Shown in pieces: positions 16,486 to 24,866 of a DNA stretch of 64,000 bases. Within the stretch, counting starts at the first letter, position 1; the number at the start of each line of letters is the position of its first letter. The translations under genes were made by a program, and so were the position numbers. The notes under the pieces were generated by a model. It did no database searches. It saw only the letters and a program-made list of their open reading frames with translations, and had not been told where the DNA came from. The stretch is from a virus. The DNA lies in the IMG/VR virus record IMGVR_UViG_3300010005_000040; one strand, written 5' to 3'.

Positions 16486-17252
16486 CCCCGGATATGCCAG
16501 CCATGGATGAGAAGGGACTGGATGCGTGCCCGTTTTGCGGTAGCGACGGCAAGCCGAGACTGTTCGACTTCGACGGCGAGCCATACGTCCCTGGCTACGA
16601 GGTGCGCTGTGACGCTTCCGGCTGGGACGGCATGGAAGAGCGAGGCTGCGGTGCAACATCTGGATGGGGCGAGACGCAGGCAGAAGCCATCGCCGCATGG
16701 AACCGTCGCGCTCTCGCGGCCACCGCTCGGGATGGAGACGGAGACACGGCCACTGAACAAGAGCTCCGCGATCTATTTAGCATGGAAGATGAAGACGGCC
16801 CCCTTGAAGATGTGGTTGCGACACACAGCGGGGAATGGCGGCGTGAAGGCGATATTTGGCGGTGGCACCAAGGCGAAGAACTCGCCGTAGTTCGCGTCTC
16901 GTCCGACTGCGCCTCCCTCAAGGCTGTGCCAGAAGTGGAGGTGGTGAAGGCGGACACCCAACTAGTAGATGCCCTTTGCGCTATGCTCCGTCTGTTTGAT
17001 GACAGGCATAACTTTGTCGAAGGGCCAACGCAGACCAAGGTAGCCATAAAGAATGCTCATAAAGCTCTGTGGCCTGATAGCAAAGTAACGGCGCCGAATC
17101 CATATGCCTATGAATATGGTAGGTCCAACGGAGACGGCACGTTCAGTGTTGTCATAGAGCGCGGCGAGCCAAACAGCCCCGTTTCTGATTGGCCGGTAAA
17201 GCCCCTCTTCGCCACCCCACAACCGGCACCAGACGCAGAGGTGAAGCCGTGA
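16482..17252 (+). CDS. Lar-like restriction-alleviation domain protein (mosaic C-terminus)
   Basis: LDACPFCGS...YEVRC...GCGA...TQAEAIAAWNRR. Confidence 0.75.
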   Translation: MTPDMPAMDEKGLDACPFCGSDGKPRLFDFDGEPYVPGYEVRCDASGWDGMEERGCGATSGWGETQAEAIAAWNRRALAATARDGDGDTATEQELRDLFSMEDEDGPLEDVVATHSGEWRREGDIWRWHQGEELAVVRVSSDCASLKAVPEVEVVKADTQLVDALCAMLRLFDDRHNFVEGPTQTKVAIKNAHKALWPDSKVTAPNPYAYEYGRSNGDGTFSVVIERGEPNSPVSDWPVKPLFATPQPAPDAEVKP

Positions 17253-17980
17253 GTGCCTACTATAATGAATTTGACCCGTACGCCGCTGCTTGGCTGCGCA
17301 ATCTCATTTCCGCTGGCCTGATCGCGCCTGGCGATGTTGACGACAGGAGCATCACCGATGTCCGACCGGACGACATCACCGGATACACCCAATGCCATTT
17401 CTTTGCCGGCATCGGCGGATGGTCCTATGCAGCTAGACTTGCTGGATGGCCTGATGAGCAGCCCCTATGGACCGGGAGCTGCCCTTGCCAGCCGTTCTCC
17501 GTCGCGGGGAAGCAGCTTGGGTTCACGGACCATCGCGACCTCTGGCCGGAATTCTGGCGCCTTATCGCCGAGCGAAAGCCTCCAGTTGTCTTTGGAGAGC
17601 AGGTTGCGAGCGCGCCTAAATGGATTGCGCGGTGTAAGCGTGACCTGGAAGCCATGGGCTACGCCGTGGGGGGCAATCCTATCAAGGCCAGAGCCGTTGG
17701 AGCCCATCACAGGCGCCCACGCTTCTGGTTTGTTGCCGACGCCGAGCGGTACGAGCAACCATGGCAAGAACCATGTGGCCGGCCGTCTAGACGAGTGGGG
17801 CGGCTCATCGAATCCTTTCCGTGGGACGAGCCTTGGGAAAGTGCATTGTCCCGCTTTCGAGCTATGGGTGATGGGGTTCCCCGAAGCGTGGGCGCAACAG
17901 ATGCCGCTCGCAATGCCATCGTCCCGCAAGTCGCGGCGGAAGTGATCGGCGCCTACATGGATGCGAGGGCCGCAGCATGA
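17249..17980 (+). CDS. DNA cytosine-5 methyltransferase, main (alpha) polypeptide
   Basis: Motif I FFAGIGG, motif IV GSCPCQPFS, motif VI GEQV, motif VIII AHHRRPRFWFVA, motif X NAIVPQVA; no motif IX in frame; GTGA-coupled start. Confidence 0.9.
   Translation: MSAYYNEFDPYAAAWLRNLISAGLIAPGDVDDRSITDVRPDDITGYTQCHFFAGIGGWSYAARLAGWPDEQPLWTGSCPCQPFSVAGKQLGFTDHRDLWPEFWRLIAERKPPVVFGEQVASAPKWIARCKRDLEAMGYAVGGNPIKARAVGAHHRRPRFWFVADAERYEQPWQEPCGRPSRRVGRLIESFPWDEPWESALSRFRAMGDGVPRSVGATDAARNAIVPQVAAEVIGAYMDARAAA
17358..17945 (+). CDS. Nested +1-frame ORF: probable methyltransferase beta polypeptide (motif IX)
   Basis: AGGAG 8 nt before ATG 17358; 195-aa open frame inside the alpha gene; LLPTP and motif-IX-like CPAFELWVMGFPEAW. 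Confidence 0.72.
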   Translation: MSDRTTSPDTPNAISLPASADGPMQLDLLDGLMSSPYGPGAALASRSPSRGSSLGSRTIATSGRNSGALSPSESLQLSLESRLRARLNGLRGVSVTWKPWATPWGAILSRPEPLEPITGAHASGLLPTPSGTSNHGKNHVAGRLDEWGGSSNPFRGTSLGKVHCPAFELWVMGFPEAWAQQMPLAMPSSRKSRRK

Positions 17981-18771
17981 CCTCAATCTCTCTCCCCTCC
18001 GGTAAGATATCCGAGGCGATGGTCGAGGCGCTTCGGAACATTTCGCGCATTGCCAAGGACCGCACCGAAAATGCCCGGCATCGCGTCGACATCATCATTG
18101 AAATCGCTGACGGCGCTCTCGGAGCACACCTCGCCGCTCTATCGGTACCCGCTCCAGGCACTGGAGGGGCGGACCACTTGATGCTTGAGCGGGCAAGGGA
18201 CTGGATCGCGGACAACATTCGCGAAGGCGACATGGAGGGCTGCACGGTCCTTGGCTACTTGGCACAGTTCCTACACGGATCGGCCACCCCGCCAGCGGGA
18301 GATATGGGGGCGGTGAAGGTCAAGCCACATCTCTGGAAGGAAGACGTTGACACGCTTATCCGCGAACTCGCCGAGATGGATGACCGAACTTCGCCAGAAG
18401 ACCGCCCCGAACACCTGCTCGTCACGACCAACGAGTTGCGGCAATTCGCCAGCGATGTGAGCGCGCTTTCCTCTACCCCTGTGAGGGAGATGGACGGCTG
18501 GCAGCCAATCGAGACGGCGCCAAAGGACCAGGAAGTGCTCATTGCATACTGGCGTTGGCGCAACAGCATGTCGCCCGGCACAATTGTGGTGCAGTCCGCG
18601 AGCCTTACTGAACACCACGGCAAAGGCATTTGGTCGTGGGTTGTCAGCGACAACAAACACGGTCCGTTTCCTATTCGCGGATGGTGTGATGGCGACCTGC
18701 TCGGCTGGCAACCGCTGCCAGAGTTCGAAGAAGGCCGCGCCGCTCTCGCTACTGTGGGAGGTCGGACATGA
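17977..18771 (+). CDS. Mosaic early protein with C-terminal DUF551-like domain
   Basis: GWQPIETAPKDQEVL...LLGWQPLP. Confidence 0.7.
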   Translation: MTSISLPSGKISEAMVEALRNISRIAKDRTENARHRVDIIIEIADGALGAHLAALSVPAPGTGGADHLMLERARDWIADNIREGDMEGCTVLGYLAQFLHGSATPPAGDMGAVKVKPHLWKEDVDTLIRELAEMDDRTSPEDRPEHLLVTTNELRQFASDVSALSSTPVREMDGWQPIETAPKDQEVLIAYWRWRNSMSPGTIVVQSASLTEHHGKGIWSWVVSDNKHGPFPIRGWCDGDLLGWQPLPEFEEGRAALATVGGRT

Positions 18772-18983
18772 GCGACGACCAATTCCCGCAGACCTGGGTA
18801 ACAAATGAAATACCGCCGCGCATGCTCAAGGTTAAGGGCGTGGCGTTGATGGACCGCGATTGCCTAGTGGCTGAGATCATAGGTGAAAAACATGGGCCGC
18901 TTTGGGTCGTAGAACACAGCGGTTATGTCATCGGTATCGGTGCCGAGGTCTACGCCATTCCATGTGGGGAGCCGCGCCCATGA
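18768..18983 (+). CDS. Hypothetical protein
   Basis: GGAGG SD, coupled. Confidence 0.55.
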   Translation: MSDDQFPQTWVTNEIPPRMLKVKGVALMDRDCLVAEIIGEKHGPLWVVEHSGYVIGIGAEVYAIPCGEPRP

Positions 18984-19417
18984 GCGAAGACACTCTGATC
19001 GGCGAACTGTGTGCCTGTGCCTCACGCATCTATAGCGCAAATGGCGGGACAGATACATGGATACCAGGGAATTACACAGCGGGGCTGATCTCTCGCGCCG
19101 CCGACGCCCTCGCCGCCAAGGACACAGCCCTATCCGAGATGAGGGCGGAACTGGAGCGAGCGCAGCGCGTGGAAACCGCCGCCGATAGCACCTATACCCA
19201 TTGGCGAAATCGCGCGACAGCCGCAGACGCCCAACTAGAGCAGGATAGGAAAGCGCTGGAGCGGTTCGCAGCGAAATCAGCCACGGTCGACAGTGGGTAC
19301 GATGACGGCATTGCTGCCGGCGATATGCCGATGGTCCGCGTGTTCGTCAAAGATCTCCGTGCCGCAGCCCGCGCTCTCTCCCAGGATGAGCCCGCATACC
19401 TTGGGGTGGGAGGATGA
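18980..19417 (+). CDS. Hypothetical protein (coiled coil)
   Basis: ATGA-coupled; RAADALAAKD..L.EMRAELE. Confidence 0.6.
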   Translation: MSEDTLIGELCACASRIYSANGGTDTWIPGNYTAGLISRAADALAAKDTALSEMRAELERAQRVETAADSTYTHWRNRATAADAQLEQDRKALERFAAKSATVDSGYDDGIAAGDMPMVRVFVKDLRAAARALSQDEPAYLGVGG

Positions 19418-19827
19418 GAGCCGACCTTCAGGACACCGACCCGATCACCCTGGTTGAGGCGAGCAAGCTCGTTCTGCGGGGGATCATCTCTGTAAGCGCC
19501 TTGCGCGCGGAAATCAGGCGTGGAAACCTGAGCGTCGAGCGGATTGGCAAGAACCTGTACACGACGCCCGCCGCGATACGCGAGATGAGGGACAAATGCC
19601 GCGTCATGCCGAACCACCAAGACTATACCTCAGAAAAGACCGAGGTCAAAGCGTCTGGATCATCCGCGACGGCGGAAAAGACAAGCGAACTGGCTGCACT
19701 GAAGGCGAGCGTTCACGCGCTGAAAACCGGTTCGCTGAGTACCTTGCGGAGAAGCACACCGCCCGACCAGCAAAAGGCGGAAAGTCCGATACCGTTTCGA
19801 TCGCGGAAGTCCTCCGGGTCTACGTGA
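19414..19827 (+). CDS. Excisionase-like winged-HTH protein overlapping int
   Basis: ITLVEAS...SALRAEIRRGNL.VERIGKNLYTTPAAIREM; GGAGG SD. Confidence 0.7.
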   Translation: MRADLQDTDPITLVEASKLVLRGIISVSALRAEIRRGNLSVERIGKNLYTTPAAIREMRDKCRVMPNHQDYTSEKTEVKASGSSATAEKTSELAALKASVHALKTGSLSTLRRSTPPDQQKAESPIPFRSRKSSGST

Positions 19828-20639
19828 TGGAACATGCTCCGACCACGGCCAAGCCGAAGCTCATCGCCGAGCATGTCGAGGGGCTGACGGACTTTTGGGC
19901 GCCGAAGAATGTTTCCAGCATCAAGGGTTCGAGCTGTCGGGCTTTTGCCGCGACCAAGACGGCATCCATGGCGAGGCGCGAACTAGAGACGCTGAGAGCG
20001 GCAGTTAACTACTTCCACAGGGAATACGGGCTGGACCCGGTGCCGGCCTTCACGATGCCACAGAAGCACCGCGCGCGCGACAGGTGGCTGACCCGCGATG
20101 AGGCCGCCGCGCTGCTCTGGAGCGCCCGCAGGACGCCTCACCTCGCACGGTTCATCCTCATCGGCCTTTACACAGGAACGCGCTCAGGCGCCATCCTTGG
20201 CCTATCCTGGCTACCGTCGATCAAGACCGGCTGGCTGGATCTGGAACAGGGCATCATGCACCGCAGCGGCAATGGCCAGCGCGAGACGAAGAAGCGCCAG
20301 CCGCCGGTTGCTTTGCCTGATAGGCTCATGGCCCATATGCGACGGTGGAAACGGCTGGATAAGAGCATCCGCCACGTCATCAATTGGAACGGATCGTCGG
20401 TGATTTCGGTGAAGAAATCCTTCCGTTCCGCGCGGATAAATGCTAAGTTAGATCAACAGGTTATCCCGCATACGTTGCGCCATACGGCGGCGACTTGGCT
20501 CATGCAATCAGGCATCGAGCCATGGCAGGCGGCAGGGTTCCTGGGGATGACGGTCGAGATGCTGGAGCGGACTTACGGGCATCATTCGCCCAAGTTCCAG
20601 AAGGCAGCGTCGACGGCTATAGCGGCAAGGAGAGCGTGA
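19596..20639 (+). CDS. int: Tyrosine integrase
   Basis: YTGTRSGAI (Arg I), PHTLRHTAATW (H-x-x-R), AAGFLG, YGHH (catalytic Tyr). Confidence 0.95.
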   Translation: MPRHAEPPRLYLRKDRGQSVWIIRDGGKDKRTGCTEGERSRAENRFAEYLAEKHTARPAKGGKSDTVSIAEVLRVYVMEHAPTTAKPKLIAEHVEGLTDFWAPKNVSSIKGSSCRAFAATKTASMARRELETLRAAVNYFHREYGLDPVPAFTMPQKHRARDRWLTRDEAAALLWSARRTPHLARFILIGLYTGTRSGAILGLSWLPSIKTGWLDLEQGIMHRSGNGQRETKKRQPPVALPDRLMAHMRRWKRLDKSIRHVINWNGSSVISVKKSFRSARINAKLDQQVIPHTLRHTAATWLMQSGIEPWQAAGFLGMTVEMLERTYGHHSPKFQKAASTAIAARRA

Positions 20640-20839
20640 TGGTCAGATTGCAAATGCCCTACGTGCGGTTTGGCGAGTGGTGGTTCGTCGCCATCCCGCT
20701 ACTGTTCGGGAACCTGATCCTGAAGCATCGCAAGGATATGCTGTTTTCGGAACGCTACGGGAAGAAAAGGACGCCGGGGATTTTCATCGGCCCGCTGCGC
20801 ATATCGTGGGTCAGATACCGCAGACTTGGGCAGCTATGA
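20639..20839 (+). CDS. Small hypothetical protein between int and attP
   Basis: TGATG coupling to the int stop; 66 aa. Confidence 0.5.
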   Translation: MVRLQMPYVRFGEWWFVAIPLLFGNLILKHRKDMLFSERYGKKRTPGIFIGPLRISWVRYRRLGQL

Positions 20840-21102
20840 GCGCGCACACTAATTTTCGGCAAGGTCAGCCCGTCTTTGTGCAGTTAAAGACCGGCGAAAA
20901 ATTTGTAGATCGATTCCACCAGCACCGATCAACCCATATTGTCTTGAGGAACCATGGGCGCATCGACATCGCCGACATCCGGGCGGTTAGCATTAATAGA
21001 TCGACGCGCACAGAAACCGCACTGAAACAACCGATAGTGACTAAAACCAACGTGAACGAACAAGGGACAGAAGGCGACTTGGGAACGAACAAACTGGGCT
21101 GA
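20836..21102 (+). CDS. Hypothetical protein ending at the attP core
   Basis: ATGA-coupled; GQPVFVQLKTGEKFVDRF SH3/KOW-like start. Confidence 0.55.
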   Translation: MSAHTNFRQGQPVFVQLKTGEKFVDRFHQHRSTHIVLRNHGRIDIADIRAVSINRSTRTETALKQPIVTKTNVNEQGTEGDLGTNKLG

Positions 21103-21183
21103 CTCCTCGTTCGGGACGAGGGGGTCGCAGGTTCAAATCCTGCCACTCCGACCAGCCGGCGCACAGATACGCGCACAGAAACC
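21006..21183 (+). repeat. Putative integrase arm-type sites GCGCACAGA(A/T)AC at 21006, 21159, 21171
   Basis: Direct repeats flanking the att core; two are in tandem. Confidence 0.65.
21105..21154 (+). other. attP core = 3' half of tRNA-Pro(CGG)
   Basis: CCTCG-TTCGGGA-CGAGG anticodon arm, GGTTCAAATCC T-arm, acceptor 3' strand ending ACCA; no 5' half upstream. Confidence 0.92.
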
Positions 21184-21239
21184 CCCGAAAATCGCCTTTT
21201 GTTCCTCTGGTGTTCACCCCACCAAGAAGGAGCCTAAGC

Positions 21240-21578
21240 ATGGAAATGGTCGAGAAGATCGCGCGCGCGCTGGCTGACCACTACATGGTCGATCCTGAAA
21301 CATGCTGGCCCTCATATGAAGCCGCTGCCCGCGTCGCCATAGAGGCCATGTCCTTGGAGATTTCGCTTGACGTTCTGATGGCGGGGGCCAAGGCATTGGC
21401 GCTTTACAACATTGAAAAGGATGGTCCCGCCAAGCCCCATGACGAATGCGCAACGCCGGATGACTGGATGGGTCGTGGTGCAAATATAGCCGGCAGAATG
21501 CAGTCGGGGGAAGGCATGAGGCGCGCATTCAAGGCCATGATCGACGCCGCCCTCTCTTCCTCTACCAGAGGGGAATGA
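21240..21578 (+). CDS. Hypothetical protein
   Basis: AGGAG SD; MVEKIARALA...AARVAIEAM pattern. Confidence 0.65.
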   Translation: MEMVEKIARALADHYMVDPETCWPSYEAAARVAIEAMSLEISLDVLMAGAKALALYNIEKDGPAKPHDECATPDDWMGRGANIAGRMQSGEGMRRAFKAMIDAALSSSTRGE

Positions 21579-21581
21579 ACG

Positions 21582-21863
21582 ATGGCTGAGCGGGACGACG
21601 CCATCCGATTGGCGAATAAAGTGCTGGACGAAGCCGGGCGCGACCCCGACGATGACCTGTCGATGCTGAGCCGGCAGTTTCTCCGGTCGCTGGAGGGCTA
21701 TATCGTCACCGTACCGGCGGAGCCGACCGAAGCAATGATCAGCGCTGGGTATGATCGCCTGTCAAAGCTATACGAGCAGAAGGCGACATCAGGGATGGAG
21801 ATCCGAGAAACCGCTGCAAGAGCCTATAGGGCTATGATCGCGGCTCGGCCGCCTCGCCCCTAA
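21582..21863 (+). CDS. Hypothetical protein
   Basis: VPAEPTEAMISAG...YRAMIAARP motif common in phage early proteins. Confidence 0.65.
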   Translation: MAERDDAIRLANKVLDEAGRDPDDDLSMLSRQFLRSLEGYIVTVPAEPTEAMISAGYDRLSKLYEQKATSGMEIRETAARAYRAMIAARPPRP

Positions 21864-21899
21864 CCCTCCGCATATTCGCAGCACCGGTAGGAGAGAAGA

Positions 21900-22124
21900 A
21901 TGCTGGCTACTACGATGCACAAGATTGGTGATGACGGTTGGCCGGGGCCGATCTGGCAAGGCGTCAACGAGCAGAAGATCATTCTTCACCTCGCCCGCGA
22001 CTCCCACAAGAAGACGGTCGGCTATGTCGATGTTGAGACCGCTGACGGGAGGGTGCGTGGTTACGTCGGGGATCTGATCATTCGCACACCGGACGATCAG
22101 TTCCTCGTCGTTCACAAGAGGTAG
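21900..22124 (+). CDS. Hypothetical protein
   Basis: GGAG SD; VETADGRVRGYVGDLII. Confidence 0.6.
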   Translation: MLATTMHKIGDDGWPGPIWQGVNEQKIILHLARDSHKKTVGYVDVETADGRVRGYVGDLIIRTPDDQFLVVHKR

Positions 22125-22126
22125 CC

Positions 22127-22222
22127 ATGACCGTCCGAGCCATGCTCGCTCTGCTCCCTATCGGCGCTGCCATATTGGCGGTGCTGTATGGGTTGAGGTA
22201 TGTCGGATGGATCGATTTCTGA
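22127..22222 (+). CDS. 31-aa single-TM protein MTVRAMLALLPIGAAILAVLYGLRYVGWIDF
   Basis: GAGG SD; hydrophobic; fills the gap between neighbours. Confidence 0.5.
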   Translation: MTVRAMLALLPIGAAILAVLYGLRYVGWIDF

Positions 22223-22228
22223 TAGGAG

Positions 22229-22447
22229 ATGATGATGGGCAGACTGCATCTTTCGCGGAATCAGAACAGCATGATCGAGATGATGGCTCGCGAGGTCGTA
22301 AACTGCGCTGGCGGGAGCTATGGCACTGTCTACGCGGCGATGCGCGATGCCTATTTGTGCGGAAGCCTTCGCATCACCTACCCCGAGTTGCAGGCTCTGC
22401 AAGCAGCCGAACGGGCAAAGTTCAAGGACGTGGAGCCGGCGTTCTAA
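22229..22447 (+). CDS. Hypothetical protein
   Basis: AGGAG SD; last gene of the rightward operon. Confidence 0.55.
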   Translation: MMMGRLHLSRNQNSMIEMMAREVVNCAGGSYGTVYAAMRDAYLCGSLRITYPELQALQAAERAKFKDVEPAF

Positions 22448-22518
22448 GCGTGCTCATGGAGGGGATATAGCGCAGAGTCCGAAATGCGAAAAGGTTCTGA
22501 CATAGCAGCGAGGCATAC

Positions 22519-22543
22519 TTCAGAAATGTATGGGGTTTCTGAA
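22519..22543. terminator. Inverted repeat at convergence of early-right and late operons
   Basis: TTCAGAAA-N9-TTTCTGAA. Confidence 0.4.
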
Positions 22544-22571
22544 ATAGTGCAGGGCTAGGGAGTGGGGAAGA

Positions 22572-22736
22572 TCAGCGCTTCACTTCGAAACGGAGTGAAC
22601 TCGTAGCTTGCATTATGAACTCGATCAGATCGACATAGCTTACATCGCCGACCTTGTAGCCATTGAACATGAGTTCCCGCTTGGGGGTTTTGCCGTCTGG
22701 TTCCAGGGTGACGCGGATGGCGATTTTCTGGCTCAT
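22572..22736 (-). CDS. 54-aa hypothetical protein
   Basis: ATGA-coupled to the phosphoesterase stop (MSQKIAIRVTLEPDGK...). Confidence 0.5.
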   Translation of the reverse strand: MSQKIAIRVTLEPDGKTPKRELMFNGYKVGDVSYVDLIEFIMQATSSLRFEVKR

Positions 22737-23770
22737 GAATAGCGTTCCGCGAGTTCGAGCATCGAAACAAACTGGTCACTCTCAACCCGGCCGCCCCGCA
22801 GTCTCAACAGGTGGACGCCGTATGTGTATCCAGTCGTTGCCCCGTCCGTATATTTCGGCGTGTAGCCATACGGCATGGCAGAGCCGAGGTTGGTGATCGT
22901 GATGGCATTGTTGATGCCGATCTTCGGCACCGTGACATTGTTGTTTCGGTGGGTATGGCCAAAGACGATGGAATGCGTGGCCTGGTTGCCGATGGTGTTT
23001 TCGGGATAGCGCCCGCCGATCGGCTTCTGCATGATGCTCATAGGGACGTGGGTAAAGCCGACGCCTTCGAAAAATAGCCAGTGACGGTATGGGGTCGTGC
23101 GCCAGCGATATCGGGCAAAGAACTGCTGGACCTGTAGCGTTAGGGTCCCGGCGAGGTTAGGCGCCAGTTCCTCCAGTCGGTCAACTCTGTTCTCGTGATT
23201 CCCAAAAACAACATCATGCGGGATTTCCCCTGCCCCGATCTCGGAATGGTAGATGTCGAATGCTTCCTGCCCGGCTTCGATCTCGTCAATGAAGGCCGGT
23301 CGCTTCATCTGGCTAGCAGAGCCGGCGGCGCTGTGCATCTCGCAGGATTCGAAGTCGAAGCAGTCGCCGATCTGGAGAACGTTGTCAGGGCGTGTTTCCG
23401 CCACATAGCGGCCTATCCAGCGCATGTGTTCGAAGTCCATGCCCGGCTTTAGGTGAAGATCCCCAATCGCCACCATGCGCCTTACAGGGAGGTCTTTGGT
23501 GACGGAGAGATTGTAGGCCCGAACGCGGACACGAGGTTTGACCTCCTCAATGCCCTCTATGTCGGGGGTGTAATCGGTCTGGGCTGTTTCCGCGTCTTCA
23601 GCCTTGATCCGCTCGAGATATCGATAGACTGTCTGCCTGTGGAAGCCAGTGGCGGTCGAGAGTCCGGAGCGGTTTATGGACCCATCCGCCCTGGTGAACT
23701 CTGGAAGGTATTGCCGGATGCGCAATAGGGCATCTGGCGAAATGAATGTAACCCCGTCTGGGTTCACCAT
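22733..23770 (-). CDS. Calcineurin-like metallophosphoesterase with N-terminal HTH
   Basis: GDLH, GDCFD, GNHE, THVP, GHTHR motifs; N-terminal INRSGLSTATGFHRQTVYRYL. Confidence 0.88.
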   Translation of the reverse strand: MVNPDGVTFISPDALLRIRQYLPEFTRADGSINRSGLSTATGFHRQTVYRYLERIKAEDAETAQTDYTPDIEGIEEVKPRVRVRAYNLSVTKDLPVRRMVAIGDLHLKPGMDFEHMRWIGRYVAETRPDNVLQIGDCFDFESCEMHSAAGSASQMKRPAFIDEIEAGQEAFDIYHSEIGAGEIPHDVVFGNHENRVDRLEELAPNLAGTLTLQVQQFFARYRWRTTPYRHWLFFEGVGFTHVPMSIMQKPIGGRYPENTIGNQATHSIVFGHTHRNNNVTVPKIGINNAITITNLGSAMPYGYTPKYTDGATTGYTYGVHLLRLRGGRVESDQFVSMLELAERYS

Positions 23771-23803
23771 CTCGGGCTCCGATCTGTTGGAGTATTCGGG
23801 GGA

Positions 23804-24244
23804 TTATGGGAGAGAAATTGCTGGCGTCTCTGGCGTTTTGGCTTCAGAGCCAGTGACGGGCGGCGGGCCGTCATATTCAGCCCCGCCATCGCCATCCAAC
23901 TTGACGTGCGGACCTTGGCCTGTGCCTTGGGCGCCGTCCTGCGCAGCCTGCATCTTGTTCGCGGCTTCGTTTGTATACGGTAGGAGATAGTAGACCGGCG
24001 GGTTGCCGCCCTCTTTCAGAAGCACCCATATTCCCACGTTAGGAACGATGTCTGCCCCGACGAGGGTATAATCACCAGCTGGGGGCGAGGTGAACCTCGG
24101 GGTACCTGTGGGGAGGTAGACGGCGAGAGCGGCGAGGCATACGGCAATTGGCAGAGAAAGGCCGATAACTCGCCGTTTGGCGAACCATGCGAAGGTGCAG
24201 AGTAAGACCGCGAGGCCAAGCCAAGTTGAGGCGAGCAGGGTCAT
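23804..24244 (-). CDS. Two-TM membrane protein with soluble C-terminal domain
   Basis: ATGA-coupled start 24244; two hydrophobic segments then beta-rich domain. Confidence 0.65.
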   Translation of the reverse strand: MTLLASTWLGLAVLLCTFAWFAKRRVIGLSLPIAVCLAALAVYLPTGTPRFTSPPAGDYTLVGADIVPNVGIWVLLKEGGNPPVYYLLPYTNEAANKMQAAQDGAQGTGQGPHVKLDGDGGAEYDGPPPVTGSEAKTPETPAISLP

Positions 24245-24330
24245 TCGTCCCCCAGATACCAAAGGCCCACGGCTGAGAAGATCAGGCATGCAGCGAAGAA
24301 GGTGAGGAAGGCGATGGCGGCCCACATCAT
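24241..24330 (-). CDS. 29-aa single-TM protein MMWAAIAFLTFFAACLIFSAVGLWYLGDE
   Basis: ATGA overlaps at both ends. Confidence 0.6.
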   Translation of the reverse strand: MMWAAIAFLTFFAACLIFSAVGLWYLGDE

Positions 24331-24866
24331 GACGCGGACCTCAGCGGCACATAGACTAGATTGGTCGAGCCGGGAACGATGTCCCCCTTACCGCCCAGCG
24401 TGAAGCGGATTACAGTTCGTTCCTGGCGAGGCTTGAGCGCCATATCCGTGGACACCAACAGGCGCCCATTCAGCGAAACTTCAACATGAACGTTGACAGA
24501 TTCCGTCAGGCTGTATCCATGAATGTTGACGGCGTATTCGCCGGCCGGAGTTGCGCGGGCAAAAGCACTCTCACAATTCACCGGGCTCGCGTCGTTGACG
24601 GTGCCCATGTCATCGCGCAGCAGGGACCATATGAGGCCCGCCTTGCGACTGTAGCCAACTGACTTATCACCGGGCGCGCCTAGCCAGAGATCGACGTCAG
24701 TAGGCCCCGGAGGCCAGCACATAAGCACGGCGATGTTGCCTGGAGGCGGCAAGGCATCGGGATTGTCTTTGGCTACCGGGTTGATCTGCGCAAGGACTAG
24801 AACGACAAGCGCTGTCAGGCCCAGAAGGAAGTTCGACAGGATGTCGCGGATCAGGGTGAAGATCAC
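24327..24866 (-). CDS. MotB/ExbD-like Asp-TM anchor fused to a YfaP/DUF2135-like domain
   Basis: GTGA-coupled; N-terminal TM beginning RD-ILSNFLLGL; W...TDVDLW...DD...E...GEYAVNIHGY beta-sandwich pattern. Confidence 0.6.
   Translation of the reverse strand: MIFTLIRDILSNFLLGLTALVVLVLAQINPVAKDNPDALPPPGNIAVLMCWPPGPTDVDLWLGAPGDKSVGYSRKAGLIWSLLRDDMGTVNDASPVNCESAFARATPAGEYAVNIHGYSLTESVNVHVEVSLNGRLLVSTDMALKPRQERTVIRFTLGGKGDIVPGSTNLVYVPLRSAS

Noticed and set aside
17465-17986. Third (antisense) ORF over the methyltransferase
   Set aside because: No motifs or SD; explained as shadow of two overlapping plus-strand frames
21105-21154. Full tRNA-Pro gene
   Set aside because: Only anticodon arm to CCA is present; acceptor 5' strand and D-arm are missing, so it is an att core
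22511-22518. Partial third copy (AGGCATAC) of the 13-bp intergenic motif
   Set aside because: Lacks the GCCT arm, so it cannot form the hairpin; probably chance
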